Shown one piece after another: positions 41,784 through 50,857 of a DNA stretch of 64,000 nucleotides. Both the position numbers and the translations under genes were made by a program. Below the pieces are notes generated by a model. That model did not search any database. It was given only the letters and a program-made list of their open reading frames with translations, and had not been told where the DNA came from. Each line of letters starts with the position of its first letter. Within the stretch, counting starts at the first letter, position 1. This DNA comes from Armatimonadota bacterium (GTDB lineage Bacteria; Armatimonadota; SYMT01), in assembly GCA_041690135.1 (NCBI GenBank), contig JAWLHY010000015.1:32001-96000 (forward strand). The letters are read 5' to 3'.

Positions 41784-42944
41784 ATGCCCACCTACGAAGC
41801 CCATCTTCACCCACTTCGTGCTGCCGCCGAGCGGGTGGCGCAGAACGTAGCCGTGCAATTCCGTGAGGAGGTAGACCGCGACAGCCGGTGGCCGGCGGAA
41901 AGCATGCGGGCACTGGCCGAGGCGGGCCTCATGGGCCTGCACGTGCCGCGTTCCCTGGGGGGCCACGGCGAAGGCTTGACCGCGCTGGTGCTGGTATGCG
42001 AGGCGCTGGGACGCGAGTGCCCCTCCTCCGGGCTCTGTTTTGGAATGCATTGCGTCGGGACGGCGGTCATCGCGGCCAAGGCCACCCAGTATCAACAGGA
42101 GCACTACCTGCGACCGATCGCCGCGGGCCGGCACATCACCACCCTGGCCCTGAGCGAGGCGGGCACGGGCGGCCACTTCTATCTGCCGCTGACCCAGTTG
42201 CAAGGGGAGGGTGAGGAGTTCATCCTCGAGGGGGAGAAGCACTTCGTCACCAACGGTGCGCACGCCGACTCCTATGTCGTCTCCGTGGCCGCCGGGGGCG
42301 ATACGGGTACCGGACAGTTCAGTTGTGTCCTGGTCGACCGCGACCTACCCGGGCTTTCCTGGGGTGATGCCTGGCACGGGTTCGGGATGCGGGGCAACGA
42401 GTCGCGGCGGATGCGACTGGACCGGGTGCGGGTGCACCAGCGAAACCTCCTGGGCGAAGTAGGCGACCAGGTCTGGTATGTCTTCGAGGTGGTCGCTCCT
42501 TTCTTCCTGATGGCGATGTCGGGCACCTACCTGGGAGTCGCGGGAGCGGCGCTCGACCTGGCGACCGAACATCTCAAGACACGCACGTATAGCCACTCCG
42601 GCGAGCGTCTCTCCGGCCAACCGGTCCTCCAGCACCGGCTCGCCGAGTTGTGGATCAAGCTCCGCCGCACGCGCGCGCTCGTGTATGAGGCGGCCCATCT
42701 GGGTGACGAGGGCAACCCCGCGGCGCTGGTCCCGATCCTCGCCGCCAAGGCCGATGTCGCGGAGATGGCGACCGAAGTGACCAATGAAGCCATGACCCTG
42801 TGCGGCGGAGCCGCCTACGCCGAGAACTCACTCCTTGCGCGCTATTTGCGAGATGCACGCGCCGCGCACGTTATGGCGCCGACCACCGATATGTTGAAGA
42901 CCTGGGCGGGTCGGGCGCTCCTGGGCGAGCCGCTGCTGCAGTGA
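41784..42944 (+). CDS. Acyl-CoA dehydrogenase family flavoprotein
   Basis: ALSEAGTG, GEKHFVTNG, GMRGNES, CGGAAY...RYLRDA. Confidence 0.88.
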   Translation: MPTYEAHLHPLRAAAERVAQNVAVQFREEVDRDSRWPAESMRALAEAGLMGLHVPRSLGGHGEGLTALVLVCEALGRECPSSGLCFGMHCVGTAVIAAKATQYQQEHYLRPIAAGRHITTLALSEAGTGGHFYLPLTQLQGEGEEFILEGEKHFVTNGAHADSYVVSVAAGGDTGTGQFSCVLVDRDLPGLSWGDAWHGFGMRGNESRRMRLDRVRVHQRNLLGEVGDQVWYVFEVVAPFFLMAMSGTYLGVAGAALDLATEHLKTRTYSHSGERLSGQPVLQHRLAELWIKLRRTRALVYEAAHLGDEGNPAALVPILAAKADVAEMATEVTNEAMTLCGGAAYAENSLLARYLRDARAAHVMAPTTDMLKTWAGRALLGEPLLQ

Positions 42945-42960
42945 GAGAAGCGACAAGCCG

Positions 42961-45900
42961 ATGACTGTTGCGGCCCCTCCCACCGTCCTGCTGGTCGACT
43001 CACCCACTCAACCCGTACGCTCCACCGTGGAGCAAGCGCTGCGGGGAAGGCTGGTGGCGCTGACGCGGGTGCAAAATGCGGAAGAGGCGCTGGCGTGGCT
43101 GCGCTGCCAGGATCCGGCGGACCCCGGTCCGGCCGCGGCGCTGATCGCTCCGGGAGCGGATTGGCCGCTGGCCATCGCCCGCCAACTCCGAAAGGCCGCT
43201 CCGGACATGCGGCTCGTCTTCCTCACCGAAAGCGCGGAAGGCGAGCCTCTCCGGCGCTCATTGCTCTTTGAGCCGCTCCTGGGCGCCGCCTGGGACATCG
43301 TCGCCCTCTCCGACCCTGCCCAACTGGGACAGCGGCTGGAGGAGATCGTGCGCGCCGCGGAAAGGCAGCGGAGCCACCGGGCCACTCTGGCCCGTTTGAG
43401 CACGCAGATTGCCGGGTTTCAGGCGCCTCCCCTGCGTGAGCGCCTGGTCCTTGCTGAAAGCCACCTGGCTACCCTGCTGGCATTTGCCGATGAGCCGATC
43501 GTTGCCACCGATCCGGCGGGCCGGGTGGTCTCCTGGAACGCCGCGGCGGAACGGGTGCTGGGGGTCCGCGCCACAGAGGCGGAAGGGCAACTCCTGAGCG
43601 ACCTGCTCCAACTCGATCCGGTCCGGCCGGATGAAACCGAAGTGCGGCAACTCCTCGACCAGGTCCGCCAGGCGAGCGAACCGCGTGTGCTGGAACGCTC
43701 CTGGCGTTCTCCGCGCGCGGGCGCTTCCACGATGGAGGTGGAGATCCGGCTCGCACCGATTTTCGGACCCCAGGGCGAGTTCCTCGGAGCCCTGGGGCGG
43801 GTTACCGATGTAACGGCACGGAAGCGCCGTGAACGGGCACTTCAGGCGCAACTCGCCGTAACCCGCCTCCTGGCCAGCGCACCCGCCCAGCCCGAGACTC
43901 TCGCCCACATCCTTGCCTCCGTTTGTGAATGCCTGGGGTGGAGTTGGGGAGAGTTGTGGGAACCCGACGAAGCGGAGTCCTTACTGCGCTGCACGGCTGT
44001 GTGGCACGCGGAAGCGGCCCCTCTCCTCGGCTTCTCTGCGGTCACGGAGTCCTGCCGGCTCCAGCGCGGTGAAGGCCTCCCCGGACGTGCCTGGGAGAGC
44101 GGACAGCCCGTATGGGTATCCGAAGTGGCCCAGGAAGAAAACTTTCCCCGGGCGGATGCGGCCACCGCCGCGGGTTTCCATGGGGCCTTTGCGTTTCCCG
44201 TACGGGCGAACGACGAAACCCTCGCCGTGCTCTGCTTCCTTTCCACTCAAAACGAACCGTCCGACCCGGAATTGCTGCAGGCTCTGGCCGCCATCAGTCA
44301 GCAGATCGGACAGTTCATGATCCGCAGCCGGGCAGAGGCGACCCTGCGTTTCCTCGCGGAAGTGAGTGAAGTCCTCGCCGCTTCGCTGGAGTTCGACGTC
44401 ACTCTCGCGAGACTCACGGACCTGACCGTCCCCTTCCTCGCCGACTGCTGCTACGTCGATATCCTCGAGCGGGATGGTTCGATCCGGCGAGTCGCCGCGG
44501 CGCACGTCGATCCGCGGCAAAAGCCGCTTCTGGATGAGTTACGCGCCCGCTACACGCCCACACAGGACTCGCCCGCGCCCGCGGGGCAGGTGCTGCGCAG
44601 CGGCAAGCCGGTCTACTTCCCGCGGGTGGACCCGGCGATCGTGACCGCCGGTACCCTTGATACCGAACATGCCGGCCTGGTGCACCGGCTCCAGGTTTCC
44701 TCCCACATCAGTGTGCCGATGCCGGCGCGCGGCGAGATCATCGGGGTCATCAACCTGACCCGCACCCAGGGCCGGCACTATACGTTGCAAGACCTCCAAA
44801 CGGCGGAGGAACTGGCCCGACGCGCGGGGATGGCAGTGGACAACGCGCGTCTCTATCAGGAAGCGCGCGCGTTGGAGCGCGAACTGCGTCAGCGCGCGGA
44901 GGAACTCCTTCGGGCGGGGGAAGCTAAGGATGTCTTCCTCGCGATGCTGGCCCACGAACTGCGCAACCCACTGGCCCCGATCCAGAATGCCGCGGAAGTC
45001 CTGCGCGCGCGCGGGGGCGACGCCCTGGCGCGGACGGGACAGGTCATCGAACGAAACGTGCAGCACCTCACCCGCATCGTCGATGACCTGCTGGACGTGT
45101 CGCGGATTACCCGCGGCCAGATCGAGCTCCGCCGGGAGCCGGTCGACCTGGCCGCGGTGGTCCAGGAGGCGGTGGAAATCAGCCGTCCACTTATTGCCGA
45201 GCGCCAGCACCGGCTTTCCGTCTCCACTCCGCGGCGCCCCGTCACCCTGTACGCCGATCCCACGCGGTTGGGGCAGGTCATCGCCAACCTCTTGAATAAT
45301 GCTGCGAAGTACACAGAGCCCGGCGGAGAGATCCGGCTGAGCGCCGCGGCAGAGGGGGAGCAGGCGGTGATCCGTGTGAGCGACACCGGCGTCGGCATCC
45401 CGCAGGAGATGTTGCCGCGGATCTTCGAGCTGTTCACCCAGGTGAACCCCACGCTGGACCGCTCCCAGGGCGGTCTTGGTCTCGGCCTCACGCTGGTGAG
45501 AAGCCTCGTGGAAATGCACGGCGGCACCGTGGAGGCTCACAGCGCGGGGCCGGGTCGGGGAAGCGAGTTCCTCATCCGTCTTCCCGCACTCCCCGAAACC
45601 CGAACGGCTAGGACAACGCAGAGGGATACCCACTCCCAGGCCGGAGAGCCGGCACAGAAGCTGTGCATCCTGGTCGTGGACGATAATGTGGACGCCGCAG
45701 AGACCCTCGCCGAAGTACTGGAACTCTGGGGACACCAGACAGACCTGGCTTTCGACGGGCCCTCTGCCCTACGGCATCTGCGGGACACCCGCCCGGACGT
45801 GGTCCTGCTGGATATCGGGCTTCCCCACATGAGCGGTTATGAAGTGGCCGCTCACCTACGCGGTGAACGAGATGTGCCGCAGCCGGTGCTGGTCGCGCTC

Positions 45901-46035
45901 ACGGGCTACGGGCAGGAAGAAGACCGGCGTCGCACCCAGGAAGCGGGCTTCGATCACCACCTGGTGAAGCCCGTCAACCTGGATCACCTGCGCGAAATTC
46001 TCCTGGCAGCAACGCAACGAACGATCCGCGAGTGA
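42961..46035 (+). CDS. Hybrid histidine kinase (degenerate REC-like, PAS, GAF, GAF, HisKA, HATPase, REC)
   Basis: LAHELRNPL, NAAKYT, LDIGLP; starts 16 nt after the acyl-CoA dehydrogenase gene. Confidence 0.92.
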   Translation: MTVAAPPTVLLVDSPTQPVRSTVEQALRGRLVALTRVQNAEEALAWLRCQDPADPGPAAALIAPGADWPLAIARQLRKAAPDMRLVFLTESAEGEPLRRSLLFEPLLGAAWDIVALSDPAQLGQRLEEIVRAAERQRSHRATLARLSTQIAGFQAPPLRERLVLAESHLATLLAFADEPIVATDPAGRVVSWNAAAERVLGVRATEAEGQLLSDLLQLDPVRPDETEVRQLLDQVRQASEPRVLERSWRSPRAGASTMEVEIRLAPIFGPQGEFLGALGRVTDVTARKRRERALQAQLAVTRLLASAPAQPETLAHILASVCECLGWSWGELWEPDEAESLLRCTAVWHAEAAPLLGFSAVTESCRLQRGEGLPGRAWESGQPVWVSEVAQEENFPRADAATAAGFHGAFAFPVRANDETLAVLCFLSTQNEPSDPELLQALAAISQQIGQFMIRSRAEATLRFLAEVSEVLAASLEFDVTLARLTDLTVPFLADCCYVDILERDGSIRRVAAAHVDPRQKPLLDELRARYTPTQDSPAPAGQVLRSGKPVYFPRVDPAIVTAGTLDTEHAGLVHRLQVSSHISVPMPARGEIIGVINLTRTQGRHYTLQDLQTAEELARRAGMAVDNARLYQEARALERELRQRAEELLRAGEAKDVFLAMLAHELRNPLAPIQNAAEVLRARGGDALARTGQVIERNVQHLTRIVDDLLDVSRITRGQIELRREPVDLAAVVQEAVEISRPLIAERQHRLSVSTPRRPVTLYADPTRLGQVIANLLNNAAKYTEPGGEIRLSAAAEGEQAVIRVSDTGVGIPQEMLPRIFELFTQVNPTLDRSQGGLGLGLTLVRSLVEMHGGTVEAHSAGPGRGSEFLIRLPALPETRTARTTQRDTHSQAGEPAQKLCILVVDDNVDAAETLAEVLELWGHQTDLAFDGPSALRHLRDTRPDVVLLDIGLPHMSGYEVAAHLRGERDVPQPVLVALTGYGQEEDRRRTQEAGFDHHLVKPVNLDHLREILLAATQRTIRE

Positions 46036-46069
46036 GGCGATCCGCGAGTGAGGCGATCCGCGAATGAGG
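46022..46069 (+). repeat. 16-bp tandem repeat, three copies, overlapping the kinase stop codon
   Basis: CGATCCGCGAGTGAGG x2 plus CGATCCGCGAATGAGG. Confidence 0.85.
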
Positions 46070-46347
46070 CGAATCAGGCGAGGGGGTGCGTCGCGGTAAC
46101 TCGTTAAAGGTAGAAATCACCACGGAGCACACAGGCTTGTCCCTATGGGAGCGCACGGAGGGGAAGTAGGGTCGGTTCGCTGTCGCCGACCAGGATATTG
46201 CCCGCGCACTCGGCATGCATACCGGTAGCATCCTTTAACCTGAACCCACCCCCCGGCACCGAAATGCTCCCTACCTGTAACCCGCGGGAGTGGCAGCCCG
46301 TCCAGTTGAGCGTACGACAAGTTCGGTTCAACCTGGGAGGACACGGC

Positions 46348-46839
46348 ATGCGTTGGGCTCACCGCAGGTGTTACTGGTGGCTGTCGCTCCTTACGATCAC
46401 CGCAACCACCGCCGCGGTGGACGCCCGGCTCATCCGCGCCTGGTCGGCGGCGGACCTCTGGAAGGAAGCCGACCTGGTGGTGGTCGCGACGGTGAAAACC
46501 AGCACCCGCGACGATCTCCAGTCGAAACTGGCAAACCCCAATCCCCCGCTGTGGGTTCCGGTGCGCACCACCTTCGACGTCCTGGCGGTGGCGCAGGGAA
46601 AGCTGGAGAGCAAGACCCTCACCTTGCGCCACTTCCGGCTGAAGAACCCCCGGCAAATTCCGCCGAACGCCCCCGGCTTCGTTCACTTCAACTCCACCCA
46701 GCGAAGCGAGTACCTGCTGTTCCTGAAGCGGTCCGGGGACCACTGGGAGGCGCTCACCGGCCAGTGGGACCCCGAGTACGCGGTAAAGGAACTGCGTCAT
46801 TACCAGTCCGGCCCGCCTCCCGGCGACCGGGATCCCTAA
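46348..46839 (+). CDS. Secreted hypothetical protein
   Basis: GGAGG RBS; signal peptide; LWKEADLVVVA...YLLFLK pattern. Confidence 0.7.
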   Translation: MRWAHRRCYWWLSLLTITATTAAVDARLIRAWSAADLWKEADLVVVATVKTSTRDDLQSKLANPNPPLWVPVRTTFDVLAVAQGKLESKTLTLRHFRLKNPRQIPPNAPGFVHFNSTQRSEYLLFLKRSGDHWEALTGQWDPEYAVKELRHYQSGPPPGDRDP

Positions 46840-46917
46840 ACGAACCGCGGAATTGTGGAACCGTTTGGACCCGAGAGCTGGCCCAGACCGGCATATCGCA
46901 AGAAACACTGGACCACA

Positions 46918-47120
46918 CCCCGCGCCGCCCCTGAACGGGCGGCCTCTAGAAACGCACGCTGCCCACATCCGTGGGCGCTCGTCTCAGGTTTAAGACGGCG
47001 GTGGAGAACCCCCATTCAGCGTGGGAACCCATCCTGGCCTTGCGCCCGGTCGGCGCGTAGGCGTGCCCACGGAGGTGGGCACTGTGCGGTACCGGAGCGC
47101 AGGGGTTTAGCCCTGCGCAA
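46918..47120 (+). repeat. Multi-hairpin REP/BIME-like repeat family B, copy 2
   Basis: Direct repeat of 40680-40902; lies between convergent genes. Confidence 0.85.
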
Positions 47121-47163
47121 GGGTGCCGTACCGGAGCGCAGCGCATGCGTCCGTCTGGTGGGA

Positions 47164-47565
47164 TCAGCCCTGGGGCGGGAAATACTCCACGTGCTCCTCA
47201 CCCGTTCGGCCGGAGTAGACCACGCGCCGCCCGTCGAGGTAGACGACATAGCCGATACACCCCGCCTTCCGGGCGCGCACGAGGAACTCCGGATAGGGAA
47301 GCCCCTCTTGCTGGGATGCCTTGACGGCCGCGGCCATCTGTCCGGCGGAGAACTCCGTGGCGATTTCCACGGCGGGCATGGGAAGCGCTCCCACGTGCGA
47401 TTCGCCGCTGCGGAGGTAGCAGGTCTTCTCGGAGCGCAGAAAGTCGGCGTGGTAGTGCGTTACCCCTACTTCGCCCAGGGCCTTGAGCACGTCGGGAAAA
47501 CGCATGGTGCCTTCGAGTGAGCCGCGTCCGCAGCGTTCAATCACTTCGGTGGTACGGGGGTCCAT
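47164..47565 (-). CDS. DUF1398-like protein
   Basis: FPDVLKAL...GV..Y..DF...Y; YPEFL...AGC.GY.V...RVVY.G..GE.HVEYFP. Confidence 0.78.
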   Translation of the reverse strand: MDPRTTEVIERCGRGSLEGTMRFPDVLKALGEVGVTHYHADFLRSEKTCYLRSGESHVGALPMPAVEIATEFSAGQMAAAVKASQQEGLPYPEFLVRARKAGCIGYVVYLDGRRVVYSGRTGEEHVEYFPPQG

Positions 47566-47593
47566 TTCTCTGTCCTTTCGGTGGGGGAACTTC

Positions 47594-48058
47594 TCAATCG
47601 ATCGGGATGGTCTTGAGCCCGTGATGGACGACCAGCTCCTGCAGGATTTCCAGCAGTTGGCCACGCTGCTCGGCGTCGAGGTGTCCGAAGAACTCGGCGT
47701 CGTTCTCGTCGGCCAGTTGCGCCAGGCGGGGCACGAGCGCGCTCCCCGCGGGCGTCAAAGCGATCCAATGGGAGCGCCGGTCCGTCTCGCTGGCCGTGCG
47801 CTCGACGAGCCCCTTCTCGACCAGGCGGTCGACGAGCTTCGAGATCGCTCCGCGGGTCATGCCGAGCCGGTCGGCCACCGCACTGGGGACCGTTTGCCCC
47901 GTGCAGAGTAGCTCGCGCAACACCACCCACTCCGCCACCGTCACGCCCTCCGCCTCCAGCTTGCGGCGAAAGGCATACGATACGTGGTTGGACACGAACC
48001 GGAGCCAGTAGCCGAGATGGGCCGTGAGTGGATTGACCTCCGAGATCTCCATCAACAC
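47594..48058 (-). CDS. MarR-family transcriptional regulator
   Basis: TVAEWVVL, MTRGAISKLVDRLVEKGLVER..SETDRR...LT. Confidence 0.92.
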   Translation of the reverse strand: MLMEISEVNPLTAHLGYWLRFVSNHVSYAFRRKLEAEGVTVAEWVVLRELLCTGQTVPSAVADRLGMTRGAISKLVDRLVEKGLVERTASETDRRSHWIALTPAGSALVPRLAQLADENDAEFFGHLDAEQRGQLLEILQELVVHHGLKTIPID

Positions 48059-48071
48059 CTCCCGCAGACTG

Positions 48072-48121
48072 GTTTCCTTGGAAACTATATGGAGTATAGC
48101 TTCCTAGGAAACTATCGTCAA
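48072..48121 (-). promoter_or_regulatory. Sigma70 promoter (TTGACG-N17-TATACT) with two palindromic operators
   Basis: -35 at 48121-48116, -10 at 48098-48093; palindromes GTTTCCTTGGAAAC (48072-48085) and TAGCTTCCTAGGAAACTA (48097-48114). Confidence 0.8.
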
Positions 48122-48131
48122 GTCCGTCACC

Positions 48132-48345
48132 CCGTACCAGCCCCCGTTTCCCAGGTCCCCAACCTTCAACCCCTGGCCCCCGAGGGGGGCTTCAGCCTTC
48201 AACCTTCCAACCTGCAACTCAGATCCCACCCGCGCCAAACCGTACCAGCCCCCGTACCCCGGGTTCCCAACCTTCCAACTTTCAACCTGCCAACCTTTAG
48301 CCCCCGAGGGGGGCTTCAACTCAGATCCCAATCCCGCCAAACCGT
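48132..48345. repeat. Composite intergenic repeat family A, copy 2 (inverted; two modules)
   Basis: (CAACCTT)n, GCCCCCGAGGGGGGC twice, CAACTCAGATCCC twice. Confidence 0.85.
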
Positions 48346-48357
48346 AGCAGCTACGGG

Positions 48358-48792
48358 CTACACGACGCAGAACTCATTCCCCTCGGGGTCCTGCATCACC
48401 ACCCAGCGGCCCCCGAACTCCTCGCCCTCGCGAATCCGGGTGGCGCCCAGCGCGGTGAGCCGCTCCACTTCCGCGTCGATGCGGGCGTTCCGTTCGTCCG
48501 CGGGCGCCTCCCGTGGGCCGCCGACTTCGATATCGAGGTGGACCCGGTTCTTGCCGGTCTTGGGAGTGGCCACCTGCTGAAAATAGATCCGCGGCCCGGC
48601 CCCCTCGGGATCGACCACGGCCGAGGCGGAGTTCCACTGGTCCTCCGGGATATTCCACGCCTTCAGGGCCTCCTGCCACGAGGCGAACCCTTCCGGCGGG
48701 TCTTGCAGCTTGTAGCCCAACGCCGCCGCCCAGAACCGGGCCAGGCGGTCCGGGTCGGCGCAATCGAACACGACTTGGATGCGGGTTGCCAT
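48358..48792 (-). CDS. VOC/glyoxalase-like family protein
   Basis: DCADPDRLARFWA..LGY, KNRVHLD, WVVMQDPEGNEFC. Confidence 0.9.
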   Translation of the reverse strand: MATRIQVVFDCADPDRLARFWAAALGYKLQDPPEGFASWQEALKAWNIPEDQWNSASAVVDPEGAGPRIYFQQVATPKTGKNRVHLDIEVGGPREAPADERNARIDAEVERLTALGATRIREGEEFGGRWVVMQDPEGNEFCVV

Positions 48793-48795
48793 CGG

Positions 48796-49908
48796 TCAAG
48801 TCTCCTCGAGGAGTTGGGGACACAGGGAGTAACTGGTGCTGCGCCCGGCCGCGTCCTGAACGAGCACCCCGCGATCGATCAGGCCCTGGATGTCCCGCAG
48901 CGCCGTATCGTGCGAGCATTTGGCTAACTGGGACCACTTCCGGGTCGTGAGTTTGCCGTGGAAGCCGTCCAGAAGACGGTTCAACATCAGGCGCTGGCGA
49001 TCACTCAGGCTCGTGCCCGCCAGGGCGCGCCAGAAGCGGGCCTTCCGCAATACCGCCGCCAGTACCCCCTCCGTGCCGACGATGGCGCGCTCCAGGCAGC
49101 CCAGGAACCAGACCAGCCACTCCGTGATGTCCAGGTCGCCCTTCTGGGTCCACTCCAGGGCCTGGTAGTACTCGTTCCGCTCGATGCGGATCTGGGCCGA
49201 CATGCTGTAGAAGCGATCCGGCGACCCTTCCGATCGGGCCAGGGCCATGTCCGCGATGGCCCGGGCGATGCGGCCGTTCCCATCGTCGAACGGATGGATC
49301 GTTACGAACCAGAGGTGGGCTATCGCCGCCCGCAAGACCGGGTCCGTGCCGTCGGGAGCTTCGAACCAGCCCAGGAATCTCGCCATCTCCGCATCCAGCC
49401 GGGACGCATCCGGGGCCACGTAGTGCACGCGCTCGCGACCGATCGGGCCTGAAACGACCTGCATCGGCCCTCTGCTGTCGTCGCGCCACGCCCCCACGCG
49501 CACGCGGTGCATGCCGCTGAAGCCCGTGGGGAACAGGGCCGCGTGCCACCCGAAGAGCCGCTCGGCGGTCAACGGCGCATCATAGCGCCGGGTCGCATCC
49601 AGCGCCATCTCCACGACCCCTTCCACAGCCCGGTCCACGGGAGCTACTGAGCCGGCGTCCATTCCCAGGCGACGCGCGATGGACGAGCGGACCTGGCTTC
49701 GGTCCAACTGCTCCCCCTCGATCTCACTGGACTTCTGAACCTCCTCGGTCAACGTCTCCAGCAGCGCGGTGTCCCGCAGCGGAAAGCCGAGTGGCTCCAT
49801 CCGGCCGAGCAGTACTCCCTGCCGGAGCCGCACGCTGGCCAGCGGTTTCTGAAGGGCCGCCCAGTCCCAGCGGAACTCGGGCCAATCGGCGCGCTCGTGG
49901 ATGTACAT
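48796..49908 (-). CDS. Fic family protein (DUF4172-type N-terminus, C-terminal HTH)
   Basis: MYIHE..DWP.F.W; canonical HPFDDGNGRIAR; SHDTALRDI HTH. Confidence 0.92.
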   Translation of the reverse strand: MYIHERADWPEFRWDWAALQKPLASVRLRQGVLLGRMEPLGFPLRDTALLETLTEEVQKSSEIEGEQLDRSQVRSSIARRLGMDAGSVAPVDRAVEGVVEMALDATRRYDAPLTAERLFGWHAALFPTGFSGMHRVRVGAWRDDSRGPMQVVSGPIGRERVHYVAPDASRLDAEMARFLGWFEAPDGTDPVLRAAIAHLWFVTIHPFDDGNGRIARAIADMALARSEGSPDRFYSMSAQIRIERNEYYQALEWTQKGDLDITEWLVWFLGCLERAIVGTEGVLAAVLRKARFWRALAGTSLSDRQRLMLNRLLDGFHGKLTTRKWSQLAKCSHDTALRDIQGLIDRGVLVQDAAGRSTSYSLCPQLLEET

Positions 49909-49936
49909 CTCTGTCCCTGGAGGACCTCCTGCGTCG

Positions 49937-49993
49937 ATTATACCGCCTAATCTACGCATGTCATGCGTAGATTAGGGCTGCTATTCTACGCAT
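49937..49993 (-). promoter_or_regulatory. fic promoter region: TATAAT plus a 15-bp-arm palindrome and an extra half-site
   Basis: CCTAATCTACGCATG-T-CATGCGTAGATTAGG at 49946-49976; half-site CTATTCTACGCAT at 49981. Confidence 0.7.
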
Positions 49994-50099
49994 CCGACCG
50001 GCAGCAGAAGATCCTTTCGAGCTAACGAAATAGCCACAGGGCAGTTCGGGAGGCCACGACTCGCAACGGGATGAAATCAGTGTCGCTACCTAACCCTCC

Positions 50100-50129
50100 G
50101 AGGTCAGTGCCTGCGCAGGCACTGACCTC
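50100..50129. other. Perfect 30-bp palindrome
   Basis: GAGGTCAGTGCCTGC|GCAGGCACTGACCTC. Confidence 0.85.
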
Positions 50130-50603
50130 TTTCACAAACTCGGTCGCAACATGAAACCCGATGATGGAGAGCCCTGATGATCGTGTGCCCAGTCACAACA
50201 TCCACCGTGGGCCGATTCATCTCTTGAATGGGCCAGCGAACGCGGGCTTCGGGCCAGGGCAGCTTCCGGACGTCTACCGGCCCGCTCCGAGGGATCCTGT
50301 AGGCAAGCCCCGCACTACTTGCGGCAGCACACTACGTGATGCACGATGTCGAGTTCGAGACGGACAGCCCAGAGAAGCAGAAGGTATGGGACTGGCTCTC
50401 TGAGGTCATCAGCCACGGGATGTATGGCTCACCGCTCACAACGTTCGCCCAGTAGTGGCAGAGTAAGAGCAGGCCGTTGCTCAGATGTAGCACCAGCAAT
50501 CCATCCCCAGCCCTGAAGCCAACCGGGCTGAAGAAGCAACCTCTGAGGACCGACCTTCCAAGTGTACCGTCGTGCTTACGTCGCTACTCGGACGGAGTAG
50601 CGG

Positions 50604-50795
50604 ATGGACAAGAAGCAGCCGACCAGGTTCCGCCAAGGCCCGGAGGCCCCGGAACTGCCGCGTTGGTTGTCCTGGCTCTACGGCGTAAGCCAGACAGCGG
50701 TGCTGGAAATGACCATTCGCGAAACGGCACGCCGAGAGCGGAGTGAGGCTTCGACAGGGCAACCGCGATTTTGGCAGACGCCTTCGCGCGACTGA
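50604..50795 (+). CDS. Small ribbon-helix-helix (CopG-like) protein, possibly degenerate
   Basis: GGAG RBS; KKQPTRFR..PEA.EL..WLS..YGVSQTAVLEMTIRETARRE resembles the RHH strand-helix-helix pattern. Confidence 0.45.
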   Translation: MDKKQPTRFRQGPEAPELPRWLSWLYGVSQTAVLEMTIRETARRERSEASTGQPRFWQTPSRD

Positions 50796-50857
50796 TGTCT
50801 CGGTGGCTCGTTCGACCAGCGCCGGCGAACAGCACTAACCAAGTCAGGGCTGACACG

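Noticed and set aside
37000-46000. Diversity-generating retroelement or recent duplication between kinase 3' halves
   Set aside because: The similarity is ordinary paralogy with synonymous divergence; no adenine-specific pattern was noticed and there is no reverse transcriptase.
46022-46069. CRISPR or iteron array
   Set aside because: Contiguous 16-bp units without spacers; consistent with slippage duplication at a stop codon.
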